Source: a virus
Taxonomy: Duplodnaviria > Caudoviricetes
Strand: one strand, 5' to 3'
Virus record (IMG/VR): IMGVR_UViG_3300025646_000213
Coordinates: 1-30,600 of that record
DNA: 30,600 nt
Shown here: piece after piece, positions 6,814-14,092 of the stretch
How the letters are laid out: the number at the start of each line of letters is the position of its first letter
Position numbering within the stretch: position 1 is the first letter of the stretch
Program-made: the position numbers and the translations under genes
The notes under the pieces: model-generated
The model's input: only the letters and a program-made list of their open reading frames with translations
Told to the model about the DNA's origin: nothing
Database searches by the model: none

Positions 6814-7117
6814 CTTTTTTAATATTGTTTCTATATTGAATATCAAGTTTTTGCAATCGTTTTAAAAACTTTGCATTGTTATAATAAAATCTAACTTCTG
6901 TTTCATTACGTAAATCTGGTTTAAAAGATTTTAAATGATCCATAAGTTCTTTTGTTAAGTCCGCTGTGAATTGAGAATAATAACAACCACCTGTAGGTTC
7001 TATTTGATGTTGTTCTAAATAAAAATCTAAAACTTTTTGTTTTTCTTTGATGTATTCAACACGTTCTAAAAAATTTCCAATTTTTAATGTTGCTTTTAAG
7101 TCTTTAGTTTTTCTCAT
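6803..7117 (-). CDS. Hypothetical protein (104 aa)
   Basis: Short overlaps with both neighbours, in the operon orientation. Confidence 0.75.
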   Translation of the reverse strand: MRKTKDLKATLKIGNFLERVEYIKEKQKVLDFYLEQHQIEPTGGCYYSQFTADLTKELMDHLKSFKPDLRNETEVRFYYNNAKFLKRLQKLDIQYRNNIKKDAN

Positions 7118-8606
7118 ATTCTGCTTTTCCTATTGCTCTTGCGATTTCTTCTGCGATTTGCGGGACGATAGAGTTTCCCAGTGCTTTAAGTCTGTGTACC
7201 CGGCCTTGTACCCCATTAGCCACTCGACCCACGTCGGGTTCAAACTCCCACCTGCGTGGCCAGCTAATCGGTGTTTCTCTTTCGCCTTCTGATAATTCGT
7301 GTTCGGACCCGAATCTTTGTGATCCCTCGATGTTGGAGTGGGCACCATCTGCACTCCCTTGCGTTTGATCAAACTCTCTGGATTCTCTTGACCCGATGCT
7401 CTCGGTGTTGGCCATAACACTTGCTGGTGTCTCACCTGATCGTTCAAGCTTATTGGCATCTTCTTCTCTAATTTCATTTTCATTCTCTCCTCCGATGCTG
7501 GCCCCCTGTCGCAATGTGCGTCTGGTGTTCTCCACAGTTTTATCTCTTGTTTCCATTCTATTGAGTGAAGTGTTGTCATCAAGTCGTCGTATTTGATTGT
7601 CTTCAGATGCTTTTTGATTTTGTTCCAATCTTCTATTGATGGATGACTGAATCCTGCTTTGTCCCTCCTGAACCAGTGTTCGACTGTCGTCTTCTTGATT
7701 CCAGTTTTTTCGTGTAACTCTTTGACTGACGTCTGCTCTCTCATGTAGTTTACGAATTCCTGTTGTTTTGGTAAATTCTTTCTCGTTACCATTTCGTAGT
7801 CCTTGTATTTTTCCATCAATTCGGGATTGTTCATTATCTCTTCGACCATTACTTCGTCCGCTAGAGATATCTGTATTCTCGCTCCCGTTGATCTGAGATT
7901 TTTCCCTTGGACTAATTTGGTTGCGTGTTTCAATGAGTCCTCTTTCGTGTCCATTGTTGTTGGTGTTCTCCATAACTTCATTGTCTCTGGGTCTACTTGT
8001 TCTCTCAGATTCGATGGTCTGGTTCTCCCCTTCCGTTGACCGTGCATCATTTTGAGTGTGCCTTCCTTTGATCTCGGAGGCAAGTGATCCATAGTGTTTG
8101 GAGTGGCCCACAATCCAGATTCTTTCCCTTTGGTGGGGTGCACCGACGCCCGCAGCTGGAATATTAAACGGTTGTACTTGGTAGCCTTGGTTCTCCAAAT
8201 CAGAGCACACACGTTCGAAGACCACGCCGTCTTGGATGTTAACAATTCCTCGCACATTCTCTGCAACAACCCACCTTGGTTGCACTTCGGTAATAACTCG
8301 AAACATTTCTGGCCAGAGATATCGATCGTCATTGGTTCCTTTTTGTTTTCCGGCAACACTGTACGGCTGGCAGGGGAAACCACCGCAGACAATATCAATT
8401 CTTCCATGTGCTTCTTCAAGATCTTTCCCTTTGAGGTTTTTAATGTCATTATATATCTTAACACCTTTCCAATGTTTTTGCAGCAACTGTTTGCAATATT
8501 CATCTACTTCACAAAATGCTACGGTTTCATACAATCCTGTGTTTTCAAATCCGAGGCTAAATCCTCCAATCCCAGAAAACAAATCAAGAATTTTTAGTTT
8601 TCTCAT
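7104..8606 (-). CDS. C5 cytosine DNA methyltransferase, catalytic (alpha) polypeptide
   Basis: Motifs I (DLFSGIGG), IV (GGFPCQ), VI (ENV), VIII (QRERIW) and X (LKALGNSIVP) are present. The middle is a long polar stretch with no motif IX. Confidence 0.92.
   Translation of the reverse strand: MRKLKILDLFSGIGGFSLGFENTGLYETVAFCEVDEYCKQLLQKHWKGVKIYNDIKNLKGKDLEEAHGRIDIVCGGFPCQPYSVAGKQKGTNDDRYLWPEMFRVITEVQPRWVVAENVRGIVNIQDGVVFERVCSDLENQGYQVQPFNIPAAGVGAPHQRERIWIVGHSKHYGSLASEIKGRHTQNDARSTEGENQTIESERTSRPRDNEVMENTNNNGHERGLIETRNQISPREKSQINGSENTDISSGRSNGRRDNEQSRIDGKIQGLRNGNEKEFTKTTGIRKLHERADVSQRVTRKNWNQEDDSRTLVQEGQSRIQSSINRRLEQNQKASEDNQIRRLDDNTSLNRMETRDKTVENTRRTLRQGASIGGENENEIREEDANKLERSGETPASVMANTESIGSRESREFDQTQGSADGAHSNIEGSQRFGSEHELSEGERETPISWPRRWEFEPDVGRVANGVQGRVHRLKALGNSIVPQIAEEIARAIGKAEYEKN
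7130..8503 (-). CDS. Nested alternative-frame methyltransferase polypeptide (beta; TRD modules plus motif IX), start uncertain
   Basis: 457-codon ORF inside the MTase gene, with five (L/M)(W/V)xTP modules and motif IX-like LNPTWVEWLMGY. Parallels M.EcoHK31I alpha/beta. Confidence 0.8.
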   Translation of the reverse strand: MNIANSCCKNIGKVLRYIMTLKTSKGKILKKHMEELILSAVVSPASRTVLPENKKEPMTIDISGQKCFELLPKCNQGGLLQRMCEELLTSKTAWSSNVCALIWRTKATKYNRLIFQLRASVHPTKGKESGLWATPNTMDHLPPRSKEGTLKMMHGQRKGRTRPSNLREQVDPETMKLWRTPTTMDTKEDSLKHATKLVQGKNLRSTGARIQISLADEVMVEEIMNNPELMEKYKDYEMVTRKNLPKQQEFVNYMREQTSVKELHEKTGIKKTTVEHWFRRDKAGFSHPSIEDWNKIKKHLKTIKYDDLMTTLHSIEWKQEIKLWRTPDAHCDRGPASEERMKMKLEKKMPISLNDQVRHQQVLWPTPRASGQENPESLIKRKGVQMVPTPTSRDHKDSGPNTNYQKAKEKHRLAGHAGGSLNPTWVEWLMGYKAGYTDLKHWETLSSRKSQKKSQEQ

Positions 8607-8973
8607 CGAAATATTTTATAATTTTATTTGCTGTAATAATTTTACTTTGTTGTTTCATGTAAGGCAAAATCATTTTAAGTAATTCATAAGCTTTGCTTCC
8701 ACGAATATTCCACATTAATTGAGGCTTTGATAGTTTCCCGTTAACCGTAACTCGTGGGGGTCTTTCAATTAACGTACCAAGTCCAAAGGTTTGATGAAGT
8801 CGTTGTAAGATTCCGAAATCCGTATTACAAACTTCGATTCGATGCGTATGCGTTGGATAAGCAACTCCTCGACCGTTTTTCTTTAATCGACAAACGGATT
8901 CAATATAACCTTCGCCATCAATGAACCCTGCAGTGTAAGCTTTATCACTTGTTTTTATTCCTTCGCTGATCAT
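8584..8973 (-). CDS. Free-standing single-motif LAGLIDADG homing endonuclease
   Basis: AYTAGFIDGEGYI motif, IEVCNTD, FGLGT and ILPYM...K C-terminus. Confidence 0.85.
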   Translation of the reverse strand: MISEGIKTSDKAYTAGFIDGEGYIESVCRLKKNGRGVAYPTHTHRIEVCNTDFGILQRLHQTFGLGTLIERPPRVTVNGKLSKPQLMWNIRGSKAYELLKMILPYMKQQSKIITANKIIKYFDEKTKNS

Positions 8974-9274
8974 AAATCTTCCTCCATTTTAAATACTCAA
9001 TTTGTTTTTTCGTAAATTTAATTTTTCCACTTTCAAGCATTGTAAAATACTTATCACTAATATACTCAGGTTCAAATAAAGAGCAATAACAAACGTAATC
9101 AAAGTCTTCACTTTTTTCAACAAACCACATGTGAGCTTCGTTTTTATAAACGATTAAAGGACGTTCGAGTCCTCGATACAATACATCTTCAAAAGCTTTT
9201 GATAAAACTGCGCGCCAAAGTTTAACTTCAGGTTGAAGTTCTTCTGGATCTTTTTCGTTTTTTAAATAATCCAT
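8945..9274 (-). CDS. Conserved-looking hypothetical phage protein (LWRAVL...WF...DF..VC)
   Basis: AAGGAG RBS; motif pattern recurrent in phage proteins. Confidence 0.85.
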   Translation of the reverse strand: MDYLKNEKDPEELQPEVKLWRAVLSKAFEDVLYRGLERPLIVYKNEAHMWFVEKSEDFDYVCYCSLFEPEYISDKYFTMLESGKIKFTKKQIEYLKWRKIYDQRRNKNK

Positions 9275-9285
9275 TATAGCTCCTT

Positions 9286-9350
9286 AAAATGAGTGACCAG
9301 GGGAAGATCGATTGGTAGTTCGAAAGTGTGGAAAACTGGCCACTCATTTT
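9286..9350 (-). promoter_or_regulatory. Intergenic 15-bp stem with 35-nt loop abutting an RBS
   Basis: AAAATGAGTGACCAG / CTGGCCACTCATTTT; the single mismatch is G-U on the minus strand. Confidence 0.6.
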
Positions 9351-9355
9351 TGAGA

Positions 9356-9577
9356 TTATTTAACTAAACGCAATACCGTACTTTTGATCGTACGTTTACG
9401 TGCTCGTTTGTATTCAGAGTCCATTGTAATGAGAAATTCGATTCCTTGTTCAGGCAATCCAAAGGTGCATCCAGAATATAAACCAAACATAACCTGTTTG
9501 ATTTTATCAAACTCAGTCGGGGTTGTTTTACTGGCTATAATCTCGATAGCCTCTTTCAGCTCTTTTTTAATACTCAT
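9356..9577 (-). CDS. Hypothetical protein (73 aa)
   Basis: GAGGA RBS; operon orientation. Confidence 0.8.
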   Translation of the reverse strand: MSIKKELKEAIEIIASKTTPTEFDKIKQVMFGLYSGCTFGLPEQGIEFLITMDSEYKRARKRTIKSTVLRLVK

Positions 9578-9665
9578 CTATCCTCTAAATTTAATTGAAA
9601 AATTATTTGACCGCGTGATTACGCTTTGATCAATTAATACTAGAAAATAGATGAGTTGACAAGTT

Positions 9666-9908
9666 TTATTTTTTAGAGATCCCGTTGAGTGCTTTTTTGT
9701 ACTCATCGGGTTTTTTAGCATCATCCATCAGTTTTTTTAAGTATTTATCTACCGATAGATTTTTGTCTTTTGCCCGTCTTTCAATCTCTTTTCTGGTCAT
9801 AATCGCGATTAATTCGACGGGTTTGCGTTCATCCTTAACTCCCAGTGCTTTAAGAATTTTGTAATCGTCAATTCTTACTGCTATTGACTTCCATTTGTTG
9901 ATGTCCAT
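9666..9908 (-). CDS. Ribbon-helix-helix-like DNA-binding protein
   Basis: N-terminal KSIAVR beta strand followed by two amphipathic helices; GAGG RBS. Confidence 0.65.
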   Translation of the reverse strand: MDINKWKSIAVRIDDYKILKALGVKDERKPVELIAIMTRKEIERRAKDKNLSVDKYLKKLMDDAKKPDEYKKALNGISKK

Positions 9909-10056
9909 CTTTTACCTCATTTGTTAATAATAGTGGTGGCTGTAACGCTAAAGCTGCTTTTAAAGAAGTATTTTCTTTTTTAAGCTTTTCAATTTCGTTA
10001 ATTGCAAACTTCATTGCTTCTTCTACATCTTTCCACGTTGTTTCTCTTAGACTCAT
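9868..10056 (-). CDS. Hypothetical coiled-coil protein
   Basis: GGAGGA RBS, TAATG coupling. Confidence 0.75.
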   Translation of the reverse strand: MSLRETTWKDVEEAMKFAINEIEKLKKENTSLKAALALQPPLLLTNEVKDGHQQMEVNSSKN

Positions 10057-10307
10057 TAGTTATTCCTCCATTTGATCATTTGTTCTTTAATTGATTGTAA
10101 AAGAGTATCAAACATTGTTTCTAAATCACCTTTAACGAATCGATTTAATTCCATTTGATTTAAAGTTAATGTTAATTTGTTTGCATTACGATCCCATTCC
10201 ACAATAAATTTTTCAGTGTCCATAGGGTCTAAATACAAAGGATCCTTCTTACTTTCAGAAGAAACAGATTGTTCCATGTTTGTTTGTGAAACTAATTTAA
10301 TCTTCAT
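10056..10307 (-). CDS. Hypothetical protein (start uncertain)
   Basis: The track start at 10343 coincides with a -35 box; the first ATG downstream of that promoter is at 10307. Confidence 0.7.
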   Translation of the reverse strand: MKIKLVSQTNMEQSVSSESKKDPLYLDPMDTEKFIVEWDRNANKLTLTLNQMELNRFVKGDLETMFDTLLQSIKEQMIKWRNN

Positions 10308-10365
10308 ATCCCATGATAATATTTTTTTTATATCTATTGTCAAGCAATAAAATAACTCGTAAGGT
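10308..10365. promoter_or_regulatory. Back-to-back promoters sharing TTGTCAA, with ATCCCATG box
   Basis: Minus: TTGACA-N16-TATTAT-CATGGGAT. Plus: TTGTCA-N17-TAAGGT. Confidence 0.65.
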
Positions 10366-10370
10366 ATTTA

Positions 10371-10601
10371 ATGAAATTTATATTAATTCTTCATCTTTGC
10401 AGTATGATTACTGGTAAATGTATTGACCCGTACATCCCTGGATATCAATTCACAACCCATTATGACTGTGCAATTGCAGGTTATGCCTTATCTCAAGAAA
10501 GTTTAAAAAGATTAAAAAATGATGAATATTATGGATTAGACCGCATAAACAAAGAAGAATTAGCCATTCGGTTTGAGTGCAAAAAGCTCACCAGTACATA
10601 A
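10371..10601 (+). CDS. Small secreted or membrane-anchored Cys-containing protein
   Basis: MKFILILHLCS...C...C...RFEC pattern with a hydrophobic N-terminus. Confidence 0.8.
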   Translation: MKFILILHLCSMITGKCIDPYIPGYQFTTHYDCAIAGYALSQESLKRLKNDEYYGLDRINKEELAIRFECKKLTST

Positions 10602-10604
10602 AGG

Positions 10605-10633
10605 TTGACTTTTTCTCCCATATTCATTAATCT
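10605..10633 (+). promoter_or_regulatory. sigma70 promoter, probably giving a leaderless mRNA
   Basis: TTGACT-N17-TAATCT; ATG begins 7 nt after the -10; variant box CTCCCATA in the spacer. Confidence 0.65.
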
Positions 10634-10639
10634 ATACAT

Positions 10640-10903
10640 ATGAAGTCTTATCTTTTTATGATTAGGTACTCTGGAAAGTACTACGAAAAGGTAGTCCAGG
10701 CCGAAAATGAAGAAGATGCTAAAAAAAGACTTACAGAAACAGTAGATCGTGGGGATCCATTTGATAAAACAGATGATGAACCAATGTATAGACCTGACTA
10801 CTGTTTTGTAACTATTGAGGAGGTCAATGATGTTACAACAGTTAATATCGGAGAAACTTCAACTGGAGTCCAAGTGGGCTCAACAGGCGTTACAACAGGG
10901 TAG
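10640..10903 (+). CDS. Hypothetical protein (87 aa)
   Basis: ORF directly behind a promoter; VQAENEEDAKK motif. Confidence 0.75.
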   Translation: MKSYLFMIRYSGKYYEKVVQAENEEDAKKRLTETVDRGDPFDKTDDEPMYRPDYCFVTIEEVNDVTTVNIGETSTGVQVGSTGVTTG

Positions 10904-11030
10904 AGTAACAACTGATATGAAGTGGATTGATATCAAGATCAAAGAACTTAGAAATAAGATCAATGATCAGAGTGTCGAAGATGCTAAACGAGGATTATTC
11001 GACATAGCTAGTGACGAAGTAAGAGCTTAG
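10827..11030 (+). CDS. Hypothetical coiled-coil protein
   Basis: GAGGAGG RBS before ATG at 10827. Confidence 0.8.
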   Translation: MMLQQLISEKLQLESKWAQQALQQGRVTTDMKWIDIKIKELRNKINDQSVEDAKRGLFDIASDEVRA

Positions 11031-11049
11031 TCATTAGTTTTTTATTTTT
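11008..11049 (+). terminator. Putative intrinsic terminator
   Basis: CTAGTGAC/GTCATTAG stem followed by a long T-tract, at the convergence point. Confidence 0.5.
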
Positions 11050-11215
11050 CTTTAAAATCATTAATTTGATCATAGGGTCGTATGCCCTTCATTAAACAAT
11101 AACATTCTCCGCAATAATATTTTTTGTTTTCAGTAATTACTGAAATCTTTTTTTTGCATTGTTCACAGTTAAAACATGTCGTGGGATAAAATTTCTTCGT
11201 AATAAATTTTTCCAT
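11042..11215 (-). CDS. 57-aa Zn-finger-like protein missed by the ORF track
   Basis: Manual translation: MEKFITKKFYPTTCFNCEQCKKKISVITENKKYYCGECYCLMKGIRPYDQINDFKEK*. Confidence 0.5.
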   Translation of the reverse strand: MEKFITKKFYPTTCFNCEQCKKKISVITENKKYYCGECYCLMKGIRPYDQINDFKEK

Positions 11216-11366
11216 TTTTAAATTGTTTTACTTTGTTTAAACAAAAACTACATTCAACAATAGATTTTGTGCTATTAATTTTTTTAATTAAATTAAAATG
11301 AGTCCATTCTTCACACTTAGGACATTCACCTAAATTTAATTGTTTTCGTTTTAAATCTTCTGGCAT
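11169..11366 (-). CDS. Zinc-ribbon protein
   Basis: CPKC...CSFC. Confidence 0.8.
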   Translation of the reverse strand: MPEDLKRKQLNLGECPKCEEWTHFNLIKKINSTKSIVECSFCLNKVKQFKNGKIYYEEILSHDMF

Positions 11367-13222
11367 TCACCCCAGCTCTTCCCAATTTCAACATCTACTT
11401 TTGATGGAACCTTTAATTCTGGAATGCATTTTTCCATAATCTCCTTAATCTCTGGAACGTCTTTTGCAGGTCTAACATTAAAACACAATTCATCGTGGAT
11501 TTGAATTAAAGGCAAGAAACCTTTTTTATAAGCTTCAACCATTGCAACTTTAACTTGATCCGCAGCTGAACCTTGAATTAAACGGTTCAAAGCTTTATAG
11601 GTTCCTGCTCTTTTAATATTATTTTTACCAAACTTAATAACCGCTTGATCATAAGGTAAAGATTTATGTAATCCCCAAGCTTGTGGTTCCCACTGATCAA
11701 AACGACATCGACGACCTTGAATTGTTCTAATCGAACCATTGAGTTCAGCTGAGTCCATACAACGTCTTGCTAATTGTTTTACAAAAGGAACTCTTGAATT
11801 GTACTGGTTTAATAGTTCGGTCGCTTGGTCTTTATCAATTCCTAACTCTCTTGCTAATTTGTTTACACCCATACCATAAAAAATACCTAAGTTAATTGTC
11901 TTTGCTTGTGTCCTAGGAATGCCTGCCATGTCTGCAACCGTTTGATGAAAGTCTGTGTCTTCTTTTTCGTAAGCTTTAATTAAATCATAAGCTCCTTCAA
12001 AACCAATGCTGTAAGCATAGTGTACCACCATACGTGGCTCTTGCTGTGAATAATCAAATGAACCCCACTCAAAACCTCTGTCAGGCTTAAATAGAGCCCT
12101 TATTTTAGGACCAAAGTCTTTGTTTCTAGCAGGAATCTGTTGTAAGTTAGGATTTGAGTAACTTAGTCTACCGGATACCGTACCCCCACTGTCGGATCGT
12201 AATTGATTTATATCGGCATGAATTCTACCTTTATGAGAATATTTAAAAATAGAATCAATAAACGTACTATGAAATTTATTAATTTCTCTAGCTTCTCTAA
12301 TCAATTGAGCAATTGGAGCTTCACAATTCAATAACCAGTTTGCAGTAAAGCTAGGTTCTTTTGCTTTTTCAGATAATGGATATTTAATTTTTAATTTATC
12401 AAATGCTTTAGCAATAGATCGCGCAGCCCAAAGTTCAACATCTAATCCACAAAGTTTTTTAATTTGCATTAATAACTGTTTTTCTTGTTCAACAAATGTA
12501 TCTTTTAAGTTCTGTGCTTGTTCTAAATTTACACGTACACCGTGTGCTCTCATTTCATGAATAACTTTAAAGACCTCACATTCTAAATCAAAAATATCAA
12601 ACAAAGATTGTTTTTCAATTTGTACTTTTAAATGTTGCCAAAGTTTTAAAGTTAGTTCTGCGTCTTGTTCAGCATAATAACCAACGAATTGTGCTGGGAG
12701 CTTATACATTTCTCCTTTTGCATCGACCATCCATTCCTCTGCAATTTCTTTTAATTCTTTTTCTGCTTTGACTTCTCCTAACCAATCAAAACATAATGCA
12801 TTTAACGAATAAGAAAATCTGTTTTCATCTACTAAAGCTGCAGCAATCATAGTATCAATAATCTTTCCTTGATAAATCCGTATTCCGTGAGCCCTTAACC
12901 AGCCCACGTCATACGCTGCATTATGAAATATTTTATCACAAGGGGCATTACAGATATCTTGCACCCAGTCTAAAACCATTTTCATATCCATGTTTGAACC
13001 TGCTTCATGAGCAATAGGGTAATAACCTTTAAAACCATCTGTCGCTACAGCCACTCCAATAATATTTCCATCCATAAACGGCCAACCTGGGCCACGATTT
13101 TTAATATTAGGATCCTTTGTTTCTAAATCGATCGCAACTTCTTTTGCAGATCGTAAATCTGGAAAATGAGTAGGTGTTCGCCAGTCTGATTCTCTAAATG
13201 TAAAATTAATTTGATGGCTCAT
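11351..13222 (-). CDS. polA: Family A DNA polymerase with 3'-5' exonuclease domain
   Basis: ExoI DLET, ExoII HNAAYD, ExoIII YAEQDA; SGRLSYSNPNLQQIP; motif A DYSQQE, motif B RTQAKTINLGIFYG, motif C IHDEL. Confidence 0.97.
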   Translation of the reverse strand: MSHQINFTFRESDWRTPTHFPDLRSAKEVAIDLETKDPNIKNRGPGWPFMDGNIIGVAVATDGFKGYYPIAHEAGSNMDMKMVLDWVQDICNAPCDKIFHNAAYDVGWLRAHGIRIYQGKIIDTMIAAALVDENRFSYSLNALCFDWLGEVKAEKELKEIAEEWMVDAKGEMYKLPAQFVGYYAEQDAELTLKLWQHLKVQIEKQSLFDIFDLECEVFKVIHEMRAHGVRVNLEQAQNLKDTFVEQEKQLLMQIKKLCGLDVELWAARSIAKAFDKLKIKYPLSEKAKEPSFTANWLLNCEAPIAQLIREAREINKFHSTFIDSIFKYSHKGRIHADINQLRSDSGGTVSGRLSYSNPNLQQIPARNKDFGPKIRALFKPDRGFEWGSFDYSQQEPRMVVHYAYSIGFEGAYDLIKAYEKEDTDFHQTVADMAGIPRTQAKTINLGIFYGMGVNKLARELGIDKDQATELLNQYNSRVPFVKQLARRCMDSAELNGSIRTIQGRRCRFDQWEPQAWGLHKSLPYDQAVIKFGKNNIKRAGTYKALNRLIQGSAADQVKVAMVEAYKKGFLPLIQIHDELCFNVRPAKDVPEIKEIMEKCIPELKVPSKVDVEIGKSWGECQKI

Positions 13223-13896
13223 AATATTTTCCTTTTATATTCATTAGCTTCATTTATACTTTTTTGAATTGCGTTTTTAAGTATAAGTGTATAACTATTA
13301 TTAAACAAAACAAAATCTTTCTCTCTACCCATTTCATAAAATTTAAAATTTATTTCATTTTGAAAGTGAAAGTAGGTACTCCATAAAAAAGGATCTTCTA
13401 AATGTTTTTCTAAAAATTCATCATTAAATTTCATATGTTCAATGATAGGAAATTTAGGTAGGATGTTTAAAACTCCATTATCATTCCAAATGATATATCT
13501 ATGATGATTATATCCTCGCCAGGCTACGTTTGGTCCAGCATCTACATCTTTAGATAATTCACACAATGCAGATGGTGTTTCAATATATCCCGCCTTTGCA
13601 ATTCTTGATATTTCTTTTAAAGCATGAACTGGATTCCATAAATCTTCAATAACATGTCTACAATATAAAAAATCAAATTCTTTATTTTGATAAGGTAACA
13701 TTTCAGTTGAAGCATCTGCTATTTTATAATTATTGAGTCTTCCTTTTTCTTCCATAGTCCAACCACAAAAATCTGTAGCTTTACTAAAAGGAATTGTTCC
13801 AGGGCCTATCTCTAAAACTTTAGCACCATCTTTAACTAAAGATTCTATGTATTCTAAATTTTGTTTAATTGGTATCCAGTATTTATTTTTGTTCAT
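13219..13896 (-). CDS. Class I SAM-dependent methyltransferase
   Basis: VLEIGPG, LPY...FDFLYCRHVIED, ALKEISRI..GYIETP. Confidence 0.85.
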   Translation of the reverse strand: MNKNKYWIPIKQNLEYIESLVKDGAKVLEIGPGTIPFSKATDFCGWTMEEKGRLNNYKIADASTEMLPYQNKEFDFLYCRHVIEDLWNPVHALKEISRIAKAGYIETPSALCELSKDVDAGPNVAWRGYNHHRYIIWNDNGVLNILPKFPIIEHMKFNDEFLEKHLEDPFLWSTYFHFQNEINFKFYEMGREKDFVLFNNSYTLILKNAIQKSINEANEYKRKIL

Positions 13897-14092
13897 AAAT
13901 ATAATTTTCTTCTATGTGTTGGTTCAACTTATTTTTATTACTAAATGCATATAATGCTGCATGATAATCTTCTGGAAAAATTTCCCAAACAATTTTATTG
14001 TGTAGACCTTTACATTCAATATGTAAATAAATTTCCAAATAAAATACATGATTATTTATTTTTATTGTTCTTTTGACTACTGCTTTTTGCAT
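13883..14092 (-). CDS. Hypothetical protein (69 aa)
   Basis: Operon-coupled ORF. Confidence 0.7.
   Translation of the reverse strand: MQKAVVKRTIKINNHVFYLEIYLHIECKGLHNKIVWEIFPEDYHAALYAFSNKNKLNQHIEENYIYEQK

Noticed and set aside
7104-8606. MTase as a frameshifted pseudogene or intein-containing gene
   Set aside because: Both frames are fully open, motif X returns in frame A, and no intein splice motifs (C/S...HN) are seen.
7047-8682. Several plus-strand ORFs antisense to the MTase (including 167 and 148 aa)
   Set aside because: Shadow ORFs of a GC-richer dual-coding region; no motifs or RBS.
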